From Harriotta raleighana (lineage: Eukaryota): a stretch of 64,000 bases of DNA. The notes beneath the pieces are model-generated. The model was given only the letters and a program-made list of their open reading frames with translations, searched no databases and had not been told where the DNA came from. Where the stretch lies: the NCBI GenBank assembly GCA_050575255.1, contig JBNZDD010013595.1, forward strand, positions 1,406,039-1,470,038, given 5' to 3'. The translations under genes and the position numbers were made by a program. Position 1 is the stretch's first letter. Every line of letters begins with the position of its first letter. Shown here piece after piece: positions 63,109 through 64,000 of the stretch.

Positions 63109-64000
63109 ATCTGAGGTGTATTACACCTGCTGTATGCTTGCATTCAGCGGCAATAGCTTCTGGTCCATAACAATAACATCTCACTCAGTAATGAGTACAA
63201 ACATTCTCAAAACAAATTAACAAAATGTCCTTGCCATTGTGCACTTTAGTAACATCCAGGATGATTAATGACCAAATAATATCCAATATACAACACAATC
63301 TTTGCAAAGCACATGCTGAATTTTGCAGTGGTCATCTCTGCCAGCAGGTTTGGAACAGCACCAGATCACTCTGTGAAGTATTGCTGAGTGTTTGCCTTTG
63401 AGCTTCAGACAAAATGGAACAAAACAATAAACGATTGGCTGTGAATTGAGTTTGAAACGTGTTGGAAATTGTGGTTTTCATAATCAGGGCTTAACAAAGC
63501 AGAGACAGGTCGTACTCACACACAGAACAACAGAACAGCTAGATGGACCTTGAGGTCAGAAAGCAGTTTAACCAATTGGCAACATGTAAATGTACATCTT
63601 CAACTGGAACTTCATGCAGAAGCCTGGATAAGCTGCACTTAGACTTCTTCATGGCCAGCATGACTGCCTCTTCATTATTGGGCTAACATNTTCTTCACGG
63701 CCAGCATGACTGCCTCTTCATTATTGGGCTAACATGATGCTCATTTCAAATGAGCAGTTTATAGACAGGATATTAATACTGTGGAGAGGGTGAAGTAATT
63801 CAACAATATTCTTTGGAATTAGGTAAGCAGGGTCCATCCCTCCAGGAAGAAAGTTCGAATTCCTTTCCAGACACTGGGAAATTCCCATGTGTAAGCAGAA
63901 TATATATGTGAATTTATCACATATGCTATTTGTGAAACTATCAGCCTCATTTAGATGCTCTTAAACATTATAATGGGTTAATAGTAGTGGAACATTAAAT

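Overview
Non-coding, AT-rich vertebrate DNA, most likely from a cartilaginous fish. A chimaera such as Callorhinchus is inferred from the repeat set: L2 and CR1 LINEs, a tRNA-head SINE with an (ATT)n tail, Deu-domain and LF-SINE-like ancient SINEs, Penelope fragments, Tigger/pogo-type MITEs and a hAT MITE. No host protein-coding exon can be supported; all recognisable ORFs are decayed retroelement pieces (Gypsy gag-pro, L2/CR1 endonuclease-RT, Penelope GIY-YIG). The most unusual signal is ~59.95-62.2 kb, an ORF-less, hairpin-dense block on the + strand. It contains a 237-bp direct repeat (period 1003 bp), and several of its substitutions, including one compensatory C-G to T-A change, preserve base pairing, suggesting a structured RNA. 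Several other unique-sequence islands also fold into nested stems. Penelope ends carry minimal hammerhead-ribozyme cores. There is a 324-N gap and three single-N tandem duplications that look like assembly artefacts. All folding was done by eye and needs computational confirmation.
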